The position numbers and the translations under genes are program-made. The notes beneath the pieces were generated by a model. That model ran no database searches, had not been told where the DNA came from, and was given only the letters and a program-made list of their open reading frames with translations. A stretch of 64,000 nucleotides of DNA from Phallusia mammillata. Lineage: Eukaryota. This document shows positions 22,442 to 34,136 of the stretch, in pieces. Each line of letters opens with the position of its first letter. Position 1 is the first letter of the stretch. The stretch is from positions 20,956,001 through 21,020,000 of the forward strand of contig OZ281497.1 in the NCBI GenBank assembly GCA_965637545.1, in the 5' to 3' direction.

Positions 22442-25400
22442 TGTTGAGTTACTTTAGATTATGTAACTTAATTGTAATCAAATGTGAGATGTCTGCAAAA
22501 AACAAAACTGTTTAAGTTGGTACTTATGCGGTCTAAGTCTGAACAAAATACCTGACCTTTAAAACAACGTTTAGCAAGCAGTTTGGTACTTAACTGGCTT
22601 TTAGTTAAACTTTGCTGATTGTAAGTAGCTGTTCACACTGAAACATATCCTATACCTCACTGTCTTTTGCCGAGATATTTTTGACATACTGCGGTGTTTC
22701 ATTGTCCTTGTAAAATGTGAAGCTAAAATGCTAAAGTCACAAAAGGTTGGCTTCGCGAAAAACTCGACTGAACTAAATTGAACCGAACCAACCTATCATG
22801 ACCCCCCGTTTATCGTCTCGACTAGCGCATTTTGTAACTGTCGAACTGTGGCCAACTGACCCGGAATAGTAATTAGTTGGACGTAATGACCAGTGCGCAT
22901 TAGGCAACAAGAAATAGTAAGAAACATTAGGTTGGTAATACATATTTGGAGGCGAAGCAAATCATTCCAACGGGTGGCGACTTACATATCTTACAACCGT
23001 CTGACTTTCTTGCCAATAACGGTGCGTTCCCGGCCGGTATTTTCGAAAAACCTTCGTCTATTATCTTCGTAAACAGTTTAACTAAAAGCACAAAACTTTT
23101 GCGTTTACCTTAATTTGTGTATACTTGCACCAATGTATTGAGAACATAAAAACAACTAAACAAATTCATCTGGCGTTTTTTTTGTCAAGATCTAAGGTCA
23201 AAAGAAATCTAAAACATTACTCCAACAGATTTAATTCAGTAAAATTGTCATCACTTTGAAAACCACAATAAAACTATTCAATTTATTTACGTGTAAGTTT
23301 TTAACCTGATTTGCACTACTACCAAAAAGCTCCTACAAAGCAGAATACACGTTAACCTTTATAACCAATTCTCCAAGAACTTATTTACAAGCCGTATAGG
23401 GGCGTGGGCAAGCGTGGCGAATCGTGTGGACTTCGTCACAAGCTTAAGATATCTAAAACTGCGTCAACGAAATTAATCAGTGTTGTATTAAACCAATGTT
23501 GCGCAATGCGTAGGTCTAAAGAAAATATTTTCTCTTCGTCGTAGCCTAATTGTGTTGCAATGATGACCAAACGCGCGCTTAGTCTAATAGCTGTATCAAT
23601 GAACGTATTTGGATTCGACACATTACCAATAGGTTCAAGCTAATGCAATTTAATTGCTAATAGTGGTAAAAAATATCGAAGAATGTATGTGTGACGTTTT
23701 ATATGCAAACGGTTTTGGTGGTTTATTAGCTGTTCTGCTTCAGATTTTTAATCGGCATAACCTACTTAACCTCACTGTCTGTAATCCAGAAAAATAACCA
23801 AAGGTCACAATATTTTGTTTCGTTGTTGACAAAAACGGACGCACGTTTTAGGTGATTAAGGATTTCTCTTCCAAGCAGTCATAACACGAACGTTTGCTTT
23901 TGGCGAGCTAAACGACACGACTTTTAAGGCAAAGAATGCACACATATCTGCTACTGACAATTAGCAACCCGCGTTGGACGAACGCTAGGAATTGTTGCAT
24001 TCTCACATCCCCAAATATGGAAATTCTTACATATTTACCCGTAGTTGACATCAGGCATTGTAAAACCTATAGTTGATGCCAAACCCAAATGATGTCGTCA
24101 GTGTGAAATAGGGTTCATTACAATTAGGGTTGGAAATAAATAGCTTATCTTATTTTACACTTGTATTTTAAATGTATGCGTATCAATTTTCATTTTATTG
24201 TAGAAAGTTATAAATAAGGAAAGTATTAATTAAAAACGAAACTACCGAAAAGGCTGCAAATAATTATCGTACAATCGCTTGGCAAACGTCAAAACAGCAA
24301 TTTTCGAAACATCTGCAAATATTAATTAGTTGTTTATTCAAGCTGCTTTGACTATTATTCAAATATAAATCTCGTTCTGAATCTGAAATACTATTAAAAG
24401 CTATTAAAAAAACAATAATAAACACAATTGAAAAATGACCTCGCCCCTAGGAAACTCTGCTCTGCCGCTGCGGTCAAAAGAACTTCGCAAACTAAGTGAG
24501 CCAAATCAGGCGCTCGTCAACTCGTATAAATCACGTGATCGAATTTGTTATGTGTTGCAATTTGTTGCACGTGACTCCAACCCATCGATAGACACACACG
24601 CAGAACACGAAAAGTATGGTGCAAGAAAGCAACAGTTGCAGCCGAATGATTCATGTAGTGCAATCAAAATTGCTAAAGTTACGTAATGCGTTGAATTTGC
24701 CAAAGTTAAAGGTTTTGGGAATACCCCGTTTGGCAATGAATTGCGTTAACGTAATGAAATCTTGAAGTAGTCATAAGTCGTCTACAGGCTACTCTAAACT
24801 TTAAGATGATTTCAATTTAGGAGTTTGGTTGCAACCCTGCAAATGACATAATTTGACAAGCATGTTTCTATTGATTTCCCTGTTTCTCATCGCATTTAAA
24901 AATTAAAGGCGCTCAAATGGTTGTCAAGATATGACAAATTTGTAAACTCGTATAATTATTTTTATGAGTCACCGTAGTGACTCAACAAAATATGAAGTCA
25001 CATGATTGGAAATGTCAATAGACTGTAAATTACAATGCTGTATTGTATAAGTCAGCATACAACTTTACATTTATATTATGCACCTTTACCATCTTACTTA
25101 TTTTGTTCCAGCAATAAATACACGATAACCTTGCTCGCGTTTTCCAAAATGGTGTGCAACGATTTTTGCAACCTTGTAAAGTTCGCTTTGAAAAAAACAC
25201 AACTTAAACAGTAAGTTGTTGAATTAAAAGTGACATTTCACGAACTCAATCAAATTTATGACACATAAACCAGAACTTCTTGACATATTTTTCTTGTAAA
25301 CAACCACAAACGATCACGACGTTAACATTTAAAAGGAAACTCAATTCATCACTTCTAACAGTCATTGCATGCTTCCGGTGCCTAAAACGCACGAGGCTAG

Positions 25401-26493
25401 CTGAACTTTTAATGAACCGCTTGTTTTGCTCAACAGTCATTCGCAGTTTAGACTTACACTTGAATGACTATGGTGTAATATAAAATTGTAATTATAGACC
25501 AGCATGTATAACAAGAGGTGTTTTGCGGTAAACTTGCAAGCTGGTTAGCTTGTCTACTCATCATCAATGGGATAATGTGCTTCATGTTTGTAATTGGAAA
25601 GTGTTAACTGAAACTTTGAATAATTTCTTTGAATGATGAAACAACATGTAGATAAGAAATTGACAAAGCCTGATTTAAACTACCACATAAAATGACCGCC
25701 TTTAAATTAAAATAATACTCGTTGACAATGATGCTGACTTTTGTTAGCTTATGATTGCAGCACATTATTATTAGTTTCAGTGTACAAGTACAAACTCCAA
25801 TTTCAGTCCCCTTAAAAATAATGGTCGTGTAGCCTTGACATTCATTTGCCAAGCAGGTTATCACAAACATATTACTTCCCTCAATGGCGGGTCATAGGAA
25901 GTTGCACATTAAACTCACGTCATCCTGTTTATATTTCCTGAGCAAGGCTGCAGCCTCATTGTAATACACCAACTCACAGATCAAACGACAATATGGAGTA
26001 AGAGAAAAGGTCTTGAACCATTTTTTCCTCTTGAATTTTTTGGTTTCGGTGTCACTGTAGGTCTATCTTTTTGATGCGGATTTTTATGTGAAAGCAATTT
26101 AAGGTATAGCAAAAAATTCATGTAATTTTGACATGGGTTTTAAAGTTACATACAAATCACGATAAATTTTTGTGCATGTTTTGTTCTGTGTCAAGCACTC
26201 CAAAACATTCAGCTAAAATCTGAAAAGCGCAAGCCTAATGTTTTTGGACTTCGTCGTTAACTTCCAGTTATGCGTGCAAAACGAAACTACAAAACGTAGC
26301 GCGCTTAAACATATTTGCAAATATATACCTCACATACGTTCTGCCACGCACACTTTACTTAAACCTTTGAAAATGTGTAAGTTAGTGGAATTCGACACAA
26401 AGCATTGTTTGCAACAAACCGATACACATATGTGTCACGAGTTCAACATAAACTTTATTGGTTATACAGTGACAAAATAATGCACCATAAATA

Positions 26494-27900
26494 TTAATGG
26501 AGAAGGCTTTGCCGTTCGTTATTAGCATTTCCATTTTCCTTTGGTTCTTCCATCTCGAAACGCCTGTACTCTGGAGACAAAAAGCAACTAAAAAACGCAC
26601 TAAGAAACAAATTGACAGCCTGGAAAATCACCACAGCCAGACCACCGAGGCTTTGGAATATAACACGTCCAATCTCACCATAGAAAACTCCCATTGGGGT
26701 CATAATGCCGATTAACCAAATCGTAACGAACGTTTCATCGACTGGGTACGTATGTTGAGTAACGATTTCGTAAATAGACACCATAGCAACTTGGGTGAAA
26801 AAACCAATGACCACGTTTGAAACGTAAATGGATACAACATTTGTAAACAAAACTCCTAAAACAACACCAACGGAGCCCAGAAAAGTCAGCAGAGTTCCGC
26901 ATATTGCAATTACCTTGTAGTTCTTGTACTTGTCGACCAACTTCGCAGCGGGAATCGTACCACAAATACTTCCAGCAGAGTAAAAGCATATAACGTAGCC
27001 ACCCATTGCATCATACCTTAATTGAGAGTCTGTTTTCTGCGCCCAAGCTTTGAAAATTTGCGACATCATTGTGAATTCGACTGTGGTTGCTTCAAATATA
27101 ATACCAAAGATGATACACGCCATGATAAAGGTTTTGTTGGTTAGAATGGATCCGGTTTGAAACCAGAACCTTGACGAATCTACGTTTGTTTGTTCAATAC
27201 TTTTTCGTGCTTGGGCGACTGTCGGTGGCTTGGGTGGAACGTCGGTAACCCAAATGCAAAGCAAAACGAGAATTAAAAAACAAATCCCAAAAGAGCAAGA
27301 GTAGATTTCAAGTAGAATATTGCGATTTCCAGTCAGCACTGTAGAGTTGTTGGTTGTGTTACTGGTATTAGATAAGGACAATAGGTTAGTCGGAAGCACG
27401 ACACCTAGACCGTACCCAGCAAAAACACCCATAAGATTAAGGCTTATTGCAGTTCCAATTTCGTTCTCTGCGAACCAAACCGCTCCGAATATCGACGGAG
27501 TTGCCATGAGAACTTGCGCTGCTAGACCATTCAAAGCCTGTCCAATGATGCTTAGGCCAAACAGATTAGGATGAATTAGGGAAAGCGCAAAAGAAGCATA
27601 CGCCCCAATCAACGCAAAGGCACAGAAAATTGTCAAGATTCTGATTTTTACGTATCTGCGATAAGTAAGCCAAGCAAATGGGACAGTCAGAACCAATGGC
27701 GGCACATCGAAAACCAACGTCATCCAATCGACTTGCACATAGGTCACGTGAAAATAGGAAACAAAAAAATTGCTGATTTGACCAAAGCATGAAAACGAAA
27801 ATCCGGATAAAACTTGAAGAAGTGTTAGCGCCAGCAGAAACACCCAACGTCGCTTGTACAGATGAACATCTTCCTTTCCATCTGGTACTTCTTCGGACAT
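26494..27900 (-). CDS. MFS transporter, SLC49 (FLVCR/DIRC2)-like, 468 aa, intronless ORF (copy 1)
   Basis: About 12 hydrophobic segments; YKRRW before TM1, PSIFGAVWFAENEIGTA and PPKPPTVAQA resemble recalled FLVCR-family motifs (YKRRW, PSxxAxVWFxxxExxTA, PxxPPSxAQ). Confidence 0.85.
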   Translation of the reverse strand: MSEEVPDGKEDVHLYKRRWVFLLALTLLQVLSGFSFSCFGQISNFFVSYFHVTYVQVDWMTLVFDVPPLVLTVPFAWLTYRRYVKIRILTIFCAFALIGAYASFALSLIHPNLFGLSIIGQALNGLAAQVLMATPSIFGAVWFAENEIGTAISLNLMGVFAGYGLGVVLPTNLLSLSNTSNTTNNSTVLTGNRNILLEIYSCSFGICFLILVLLCIWVTDVPPKPPTVAQARKSIEQTNVDSSRFWFQTGSILTNKTFIMACIIFGIIFEATTVEFTMMSQIFKAWAQKTDSQLRYDAMGGYVICFYSAGSICGTIPAAKLVDKYKNYKVIAICGTLLTFLGSVGVVLGVLFTNVVSIYVSNVVIGFFTQVAMVSIYEIVTQHTYPVDETFVTIWLIGIMTPMGVFYGEIGRVIFQSLGGLAVVIFQAVNLFLSAFFSCFLSPEYRRFEMEEPKENGNANNERQSLLH

Positions 27901-28237
27901 AATTTAAGTACAGTAGTTAAGGTCAAAGTTACAAAACTACACAACTCAAGGCTGCAAAATATAACGCCTGTTTGCAGAAATCGAGTAAGACAACAACAGA
28001 CACGTATAGACAATCATGAAGACATATGCTTCGCTTTTGTAGTTATTTGTACCGACGTCTGTTACCTTCCTGTTTAACGTTAAAATAATCAGATTCATTC
28101 GCCACATTGTTATGAACCAGCAGGAGCAAAAACAGTGAGAACAAAGAGCATAGAGCAAAGCTCACAACAAAAACACTTGCTGTAAAGTGCAGGACGATAA
28201 AGCAAAACAAAACGGACACAATACATGTTAGCATCGG

Positions 28238-28269
28238 AGATAACTTATCAGCAACTTATCAGTAGATAA
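28238..28269. promoter_or_regulatory. Cluster of four GATA-type sites upstream of SLC49-like copy 1
   Basis: AGATAA (28238), TTATCA (28245), TTATCA (28256), AGATAA (28264), about 340 bp 5' of the ATG. Function not shown; may simply be a short AACTTAT repeat. Confidence 0.3.
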
Positions 28270-31200
28270 CTTATTGGCATTGGAATTTATGACCTAAAAA
28301 GATGAATTTCTTACAAATTTGGCAACAGCAGTGTAGTTTGTGCTGTGGGTATAGGTAACAGATTGACTTGTTTAAACATAGTTGCCTGTCTTTTTACTTT
28401 TCCATTCTTCAGTATTAAACAATTTGCTAGTGTTGGTGGCATAAATACAATGGTAACTCTTATCAGTTAAAAATACAAATGATTATCACTGCAACATTAA
28501 AGTTTAGATATGCATGTCAGTTGATATGTCCTACTTGTTGCTCAATTATCCGGTTTTAAACTAATTAACTAATAAAACTGTTTTCGCGTTAGTCATCTCT
28601 ATTTTAAAGATTTGCTTCCCATCACGTTTGAAAACTGTTCTAAATAGCGTCGCCCGCCAAGTAAAGTTTTGTACAGGATAACCAGCCGCTATCTATCACT
28701 GTACACACAAGTTTCCTGCTTCAGACATAAGCGGGTTGCACATGTAAACCTCATCCTTTAGCACAAAAACCAGCAGATTCACTTAAGGCTTACACCTGCA
28801 CATTTACAAAGGTCTTTGAATTACAATTGTCCTGCCCTTTTGATTGCGCTTTTACCTTGCTTATCAGGCAAAGCGTGAACAAAAATGCGGCATGTTTGCC
28901 CTATGGCATGTTTAGGCCTAGCGCAGTTCTTCGAATGCTGCCGGAACTGAAGTTTCTTCGAATGCTACCGGAACTGAATGTTTACAATCAACAGCCGGAC
29001 CAAGTAAAATTTAGAAGGCGAATTCGTGTGATTTGCTGTATATCTAAGCAGTGGACTACAGTTTAGATACGTTTACAAGCTGAATATACACGCATGATAC
29101 ATCTCTTGTGAAAACAAACGTAAAGAAAATGGATGTAAGCGCAGGCATACGGTGACTTTCGATTGCGTGTAGCAGAATCAGGTTGAGATTGAAACACACA
29201 GACTCGTGAAACACGAATATATGTTATATTGTATACGGCGTTACGTGGGCATCTTAATCTGCAAATTTAGGAGTCTTACTTTACCGAATTGAAAAGGTAA
29301 TGTTGTAAATCGCATACCAATTACTTTTTCTATATTAACAAAAGACTCACGACAGATAACTGGCAATCAACCGCAGTCTATACCTGTGCTAAACACATAC
29401 TCTTGTTATGTATGTTCCTACCCCACCCTTTGCAAATGCTACCGCAGCAGCAGACATGATATAGAGCAAATCGAAAGGATGTATGACGACCTGCACCTAT
29501 TAATATCACTCTGCAGTGGGTCATAACCCACAACATGTAAAGGAAATAATAAGCAATAGTCATAGTTATAATTGTCATAATTACTACAATTTGGATTGAA
29601 CCGTGGTATAAATCATGTCGCAAACACAAAGTACAGGTCTTTGTAAACATCACACATTAAAATACCATGGGCGCAGACATATTTGGCCTTTTATACAGTA
29701 TACCGCACTAACCTCTTCCGCACCCAAATCCAGAATAACATACTTTACTTCTAACATATTCTAATTATAATATCTGTTCTTCGCCAACCCGAAAAAGTTT
29801 CTGCCGGCGCTCATGAAGCCAGAACATTACGACAGGTGCTTTATGTTTTCGCGTTTTCAGCACCAAAAAAACCTGTGGTGAGACAAGCAAATGCGGCCGC
29901 AGATACATATTCATGAGGCTGTGTCGCATTATGTAAGTTATATTGACGGGCGTGACTTGATTAAAGAACTCTTAGAAAAAAAGTTTTAAATGAGACATTC
30001 TGATATGTGATGAAATACGTCCAAGAAACGTACGTAACCTGCTTTTCCACACATTTTGTGTGCTTAGTGGACACACTGTCGACCGTTGGTGAAACTAAAG
30101 CTCGTGATAAGACCGAAAGTAGCAAAATGGTTATGTAGTGATTGGTTTATGTTATTGGTGGCAAATGAGTCTCAAGGTTATAACCTCGTCATTACAAATT
30201 TAAAGAGGTATACCACCGTCCCTAACCTCCCAAGCTCCTGGGCTTGTCAGGACCGAGTCCGTTTGTTTATTTCTTCTTGACGAAAGAAAAAGTCGCTGAT
30301 ATAAGCAAGCACGAGTCAAACAGAACGACCAAATAGTATGGCTAAAGAGATCGAACCAGTGCGGTTTGATAAATACCCCGGGAAAGGCGTTAAATCGTAT
30401 ACATGTGCTCTTGCGATTACCACACAAAGCAGTGTCCAATCACAGCACAGGACAAAGCACAAAGTTAAATTGCGTAACCACCATATCACATAGATGCATT
30501 TACATCCTAATTAACTGCAACACGAAATATTTCAAAGTTCAAACACGATTTTACAATCCAGTTGAATAAAACCGTTGCACCATTTGACTTCCTTGTGAGC
30601 CTTGATTTAGCAAGTTGAAAACGACCCAATTGCGTAACTACTATTTCGAAATTCGCACAAATTATATCTCAACGGCTACAGTTTTGTATCCCTGGTTTAC
30701 AGCATGCCACACACATGCTAAGGAAATTTAGCAATAAAGCAAAAAAACGAATATTTAAACTTGCTTTAAGCGCAGTTGATGTCTACCAAATGTGGGATAT
30801 TTTTAACTTTTAAGGTTTGAATTGTACAATACTATTTATTTCTGTAAAGCGGAGACGTAGTTTTTTTAGTCGTGGATAATGCACATTGCGTACAATTAAG
30901 CTGCAGAGATTCTTCAGGCAACCGGTATAGTTCTATAATAACCTGTGCCCTGCAAATAGAAATACTACTTAAGATAGCCATTTGCATCAACAATCAATGT
31001 AGATTAACAAATTTTGTGATTCGTCTTTGTCATTACAGTGTTGCATGAATGAAACATCATCTTGGAGACTGTCCTTTTCGTTATTAAGACTGCCCTTTTC
31101 TTTGATAAATAAATAAATAAATACTGTTTTTTAAAGCAATAAAACACACATCTGTTTTCGTCGAAATTGAAATTGAGGTGTACACAGCGTGTAAAACAAA

Positions 31201-31370
31201 TAATATCAATAATGTCAATTGCACTCTCTTTGCTTAAGAGGTAATTTGTTGAAAATTACACTTTGCACATGTTTCATAGTTTTGCCGGCAAATTGGTAAG
31301 TCAAAACCATAAACATTTTCAAAACAAACACCATGGCTTCCAATTGAAATCCCGAAACTTGAGAAATATG

Positions 31371-32777
31371 TTAATTGTCAATGAGTTGACTGGACTCGTC
31401 TTCTGAACAAGCACTTTCTTTATCTTTTTCTTCATCTGTTTGTTTGTGTTCCTTCCGAAGCGAGAGAGAGGAAATCAGAACGGTTGCAAATAGCATACAG
31501 CCGGCTTGGAATACAATAACGGCCACACCCCCTGAAGACCTAAACACAACACTGCCTATTTCGCCGAGAAAAATTCCCATGGGAGATATAATTCCAGAAA
31601 ACCACAAGGCAACGAAAGTCACATTCAAAGGGTTCGTCACGTAAGCGACCAGTTTGTAAATGGAAACCATTGCTAGTTGGGAGAAAATGCCCATCATAAT
31701 GTTGCAGGCGTATATGGAAGAAACGTTGGCAAACACCACCCCGAGGACGATTCCCCCGGAGAATGTGCATGACAAAAAGGTTGCCACTGTTGCGATTGCG
31801 CCAACATTTTTAATTCTGTTTACGAGAAACGCAGCTGGCGGAGTACCTACAATGTTCCCGAAAGCAAAGGAACCTATCACGTACCCGCCTTGTGCTTTTA
31901 CATTCATGAATGTAGCTCGACTTTGCACCCGGTCTTTAAAGATTTCATACATCATTGTGAACTCAACCTTAGTAGCCTGGAAGACGATTCCAAAAATAAT
32001 ACAAGTTGAAACAAAGCGCCACCTTTTAAAAAGATTTAAAATACTTGGCCAAAATTTGATCGAGTTTGCCGAATTTAATTGTAAGGCTCGAAGACTGGGG
32101 GGTTTGGGAGGTGCATCGGTGACCACTAGAAACAGGACAAGACATACCAATACTACCAGTACAAAGCACGAGCAATACGTGGTGAGTAGGTGATTTCTAT
32201 CTTCTATTAGCAACTGGGTTGATTCGTTTTTGCTGTCAGTAAATTCAGGTACGTGAGCAAGTAGATTGGTTGGAAGCAGGATGCCAACGATATAGCCGAA
32301 GTAAAGTCCCATTAAATTAACACCAATTGCGGTTCCAATTTCGTTATCAGCAAACCACACTGAACTGAAAATTGATGGAATCGCCATGAGAACCAGCGAT
32401 GCCAAACCGTTTAAAGTCTGTCCAATAACACCAAGCCAAAACAGTGTGCTGTTGATTAAGGAGATAGCAATACAGGCATAAGCTGCGGAAAGCGTCAAGG
32501 CAGAAAAAATAACCAATCTGCGAAAACCGAGTGTCGTACAGTGGGCCAACCAAGCAAACAGAACAGTCATCACTAAAAGAGGAAGTCCAAAAACTAAAGT
32601 CATCCAATCAACTTCGATATAGCTAACCTCGAAAAAGGCGACTAAAAAGTTGCTGATTTGTCCAAAACATGAAAACGACATCCCAGAAAGCATTTGCAAC
32701 AAAGTCAAGAGCGTAAGAATGAACCATCTTCTGCGAGTTAGCCCAATTTCACTTTCACTCTTAGTTTCAGAATCCAT
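31371..32777 (-). CDS. MFS transporter, SLC49 (FLVCR/DIRC2)-like, 468 aa, intronless ORF (copy 2)
   Basis: Colinear paralogue of 26494-27900 (RRW..L.LLTLLQ.LSG.SFSCFGQISNF, PSIFSSVWFADNEIGTA, DAPPKPPS). Confidence 0.85.
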   Translation of the reverse strand: MDSETKSESEIGLTRRRWFILTLLTLLQMLSGMSFSCFGQISNFLVAFFEVSYIEVDWMTLVFGLPLLVMTVLFAWLAHCTTLGFRRLVIFSALTLSAAYACIAISLINSTLFWLGVIGQTLNGLASLVLMAIPSIFSSVWFADNEIGTAIGVNLMGLYFGYIVGILLPTNLLAHVPEFTDSKNESTQLLIEDRNHLLTTYCSCFVLVVLVCLVLFLVVTDAPPKPPSLRALQLNSANSIKFWPSILNLFKRWRFVSTCIIFGIVFQATKVEFTMMYEIFKDRVQSRATFMNVKAQGGYVIGSFAFGNIVGTPPAAFLVNRIKNVGAIATVATFLSCTFSGGIVLGVVFANVSSIYACNIMMGIFSQLAMVSIYKLVAYVTNPLNVTFVALWFSGIISPMGIFLGEIGSVVFRSSGGVAVIVFQAGCMLFATVLISSLSLRKEHKQTDEEKDKESACSEDESSQLIDN

Positions 32778-34136
32778 AGTTTGCTTTGTAGTTTCGACCG
32801 TTATCTTACTTTAAAATAACGTAAGATACAAATTATTCGCTAAACAGTAACTCCATGCAGTTAAATGTAGACTCTTTGTGGTTCGTACTGATCTGGTGAA
32901 CTTAACTGTGTCCACGAACCTTTATACTTGCGCAATAGAAATATATAGCGCCTTTTACGTGCCTTGACGGCCGCTTATAGGCACAAGATATCATCATGTT
33001 ACTTAGACACGAGTTAGTATGTGAATGCAAATTACTTTGTAGTTATTGTTATCATAAGGTTGTATTAGATGATATTTAATGATTTGCTTTCAGCCGGCAA
33101 TGTCGTTGAGCACGTAGATATGGGCTTAGTACATATGTTTAAACATTCATTGTTATGCAACTCCCCTAGGACATCATGGAATGATTTTGTGTCAGATTTG
33201 AAATCGCAGTATGACTGCTGTGCATTAAATGTTTTACTTACATGGAAAAAGCTTCCTGAAAATTTTCATGAAAATAAGCCCAAACAGTTTTCAAAATCAG
33301 GTCAAGCCTAACATTTGTTGCGTAGAGCTGTAATAAAACTGGCGATACTCTAAACTTGTTAGTTTTAAAAACCCTGGTCCAGACACGAGTAATAGAGTAT
33401 TACACGAGTAATACCTGGTCCAGACACGAGTAAGAGTAATAAAAGCCAGCCAGACGATTCGGCCGAAGGTCGGGCGTGAACTTTGTTCCAGACTGCCATC
33501 CACGCCCGGTGCATTGCAACATGAACATCAACAAACGGCTGCATTGCTGTATAGTTCGCTGTGGTGTACATGTTAAGAACATGCTAGGCAATACAAGATA
33601 TAATCACGCGCTGACATTTCCCAAGTCATAAAATGTATTAAATTTGATCGCGCCCTGAAGGCAAGGTATTTCTTTGTTTAGACTTTCGCAATTTTACTTT
33701 TAATATTTTGGATTCGAATATAAAAAAGAAATTATTTACGTAAGTAACATGCATTATAGTGATTTTGTTTGTTTTTAAAAATACGTTAAAAATTGGATGC
33801 CATTGAACACAGATACAAAAGTTATACTGGAAAAAACTGAACGTAAGTTTTGATTTGCCGAAACGCCCGAAATCAATGGTTCTCGAAAGCGGGCACCAGC
33901 GCAATATCCGCAAGGGGTGCTCGAGAATAAATGGGAAATTGTGAGAGCTAGAACAAATCTGGGCGATTAGAACAGAATGCAGCTACAAGCGATTTGACAG
34001 TATCGTAAACTCGAATTTTAAATTTATACTCAAATTTCAAATTTATTTGTCCATATTATGTTTGTTCACATATTGCAAGATATCTGGAATAATATCTGGA
34101 ACAAAACTACAGCAAATCGACTACAATACAACCACG

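Noticed and set aside
25801-30210. 24-bp similarity between the reverse complement of about 25825-25850 and about 30158-30182 (ggcaaatga.t.tcaagg.ta)
   Set aside because: About 17 of 24 matches and not extendable by eye; cannot distinguish from chance.
33373-33433. 20-bp direct repeat with a 21-bp spacer, CRISPR-like at first glance (similar short duplications at 11581-11626, 11720-11772, 16558-16640, 28927-28978)
   Set aside because: Only two copies, the spacer itself contains part of the repeat, eukaryotic context, no cas genes; ordinary slippage duplications.
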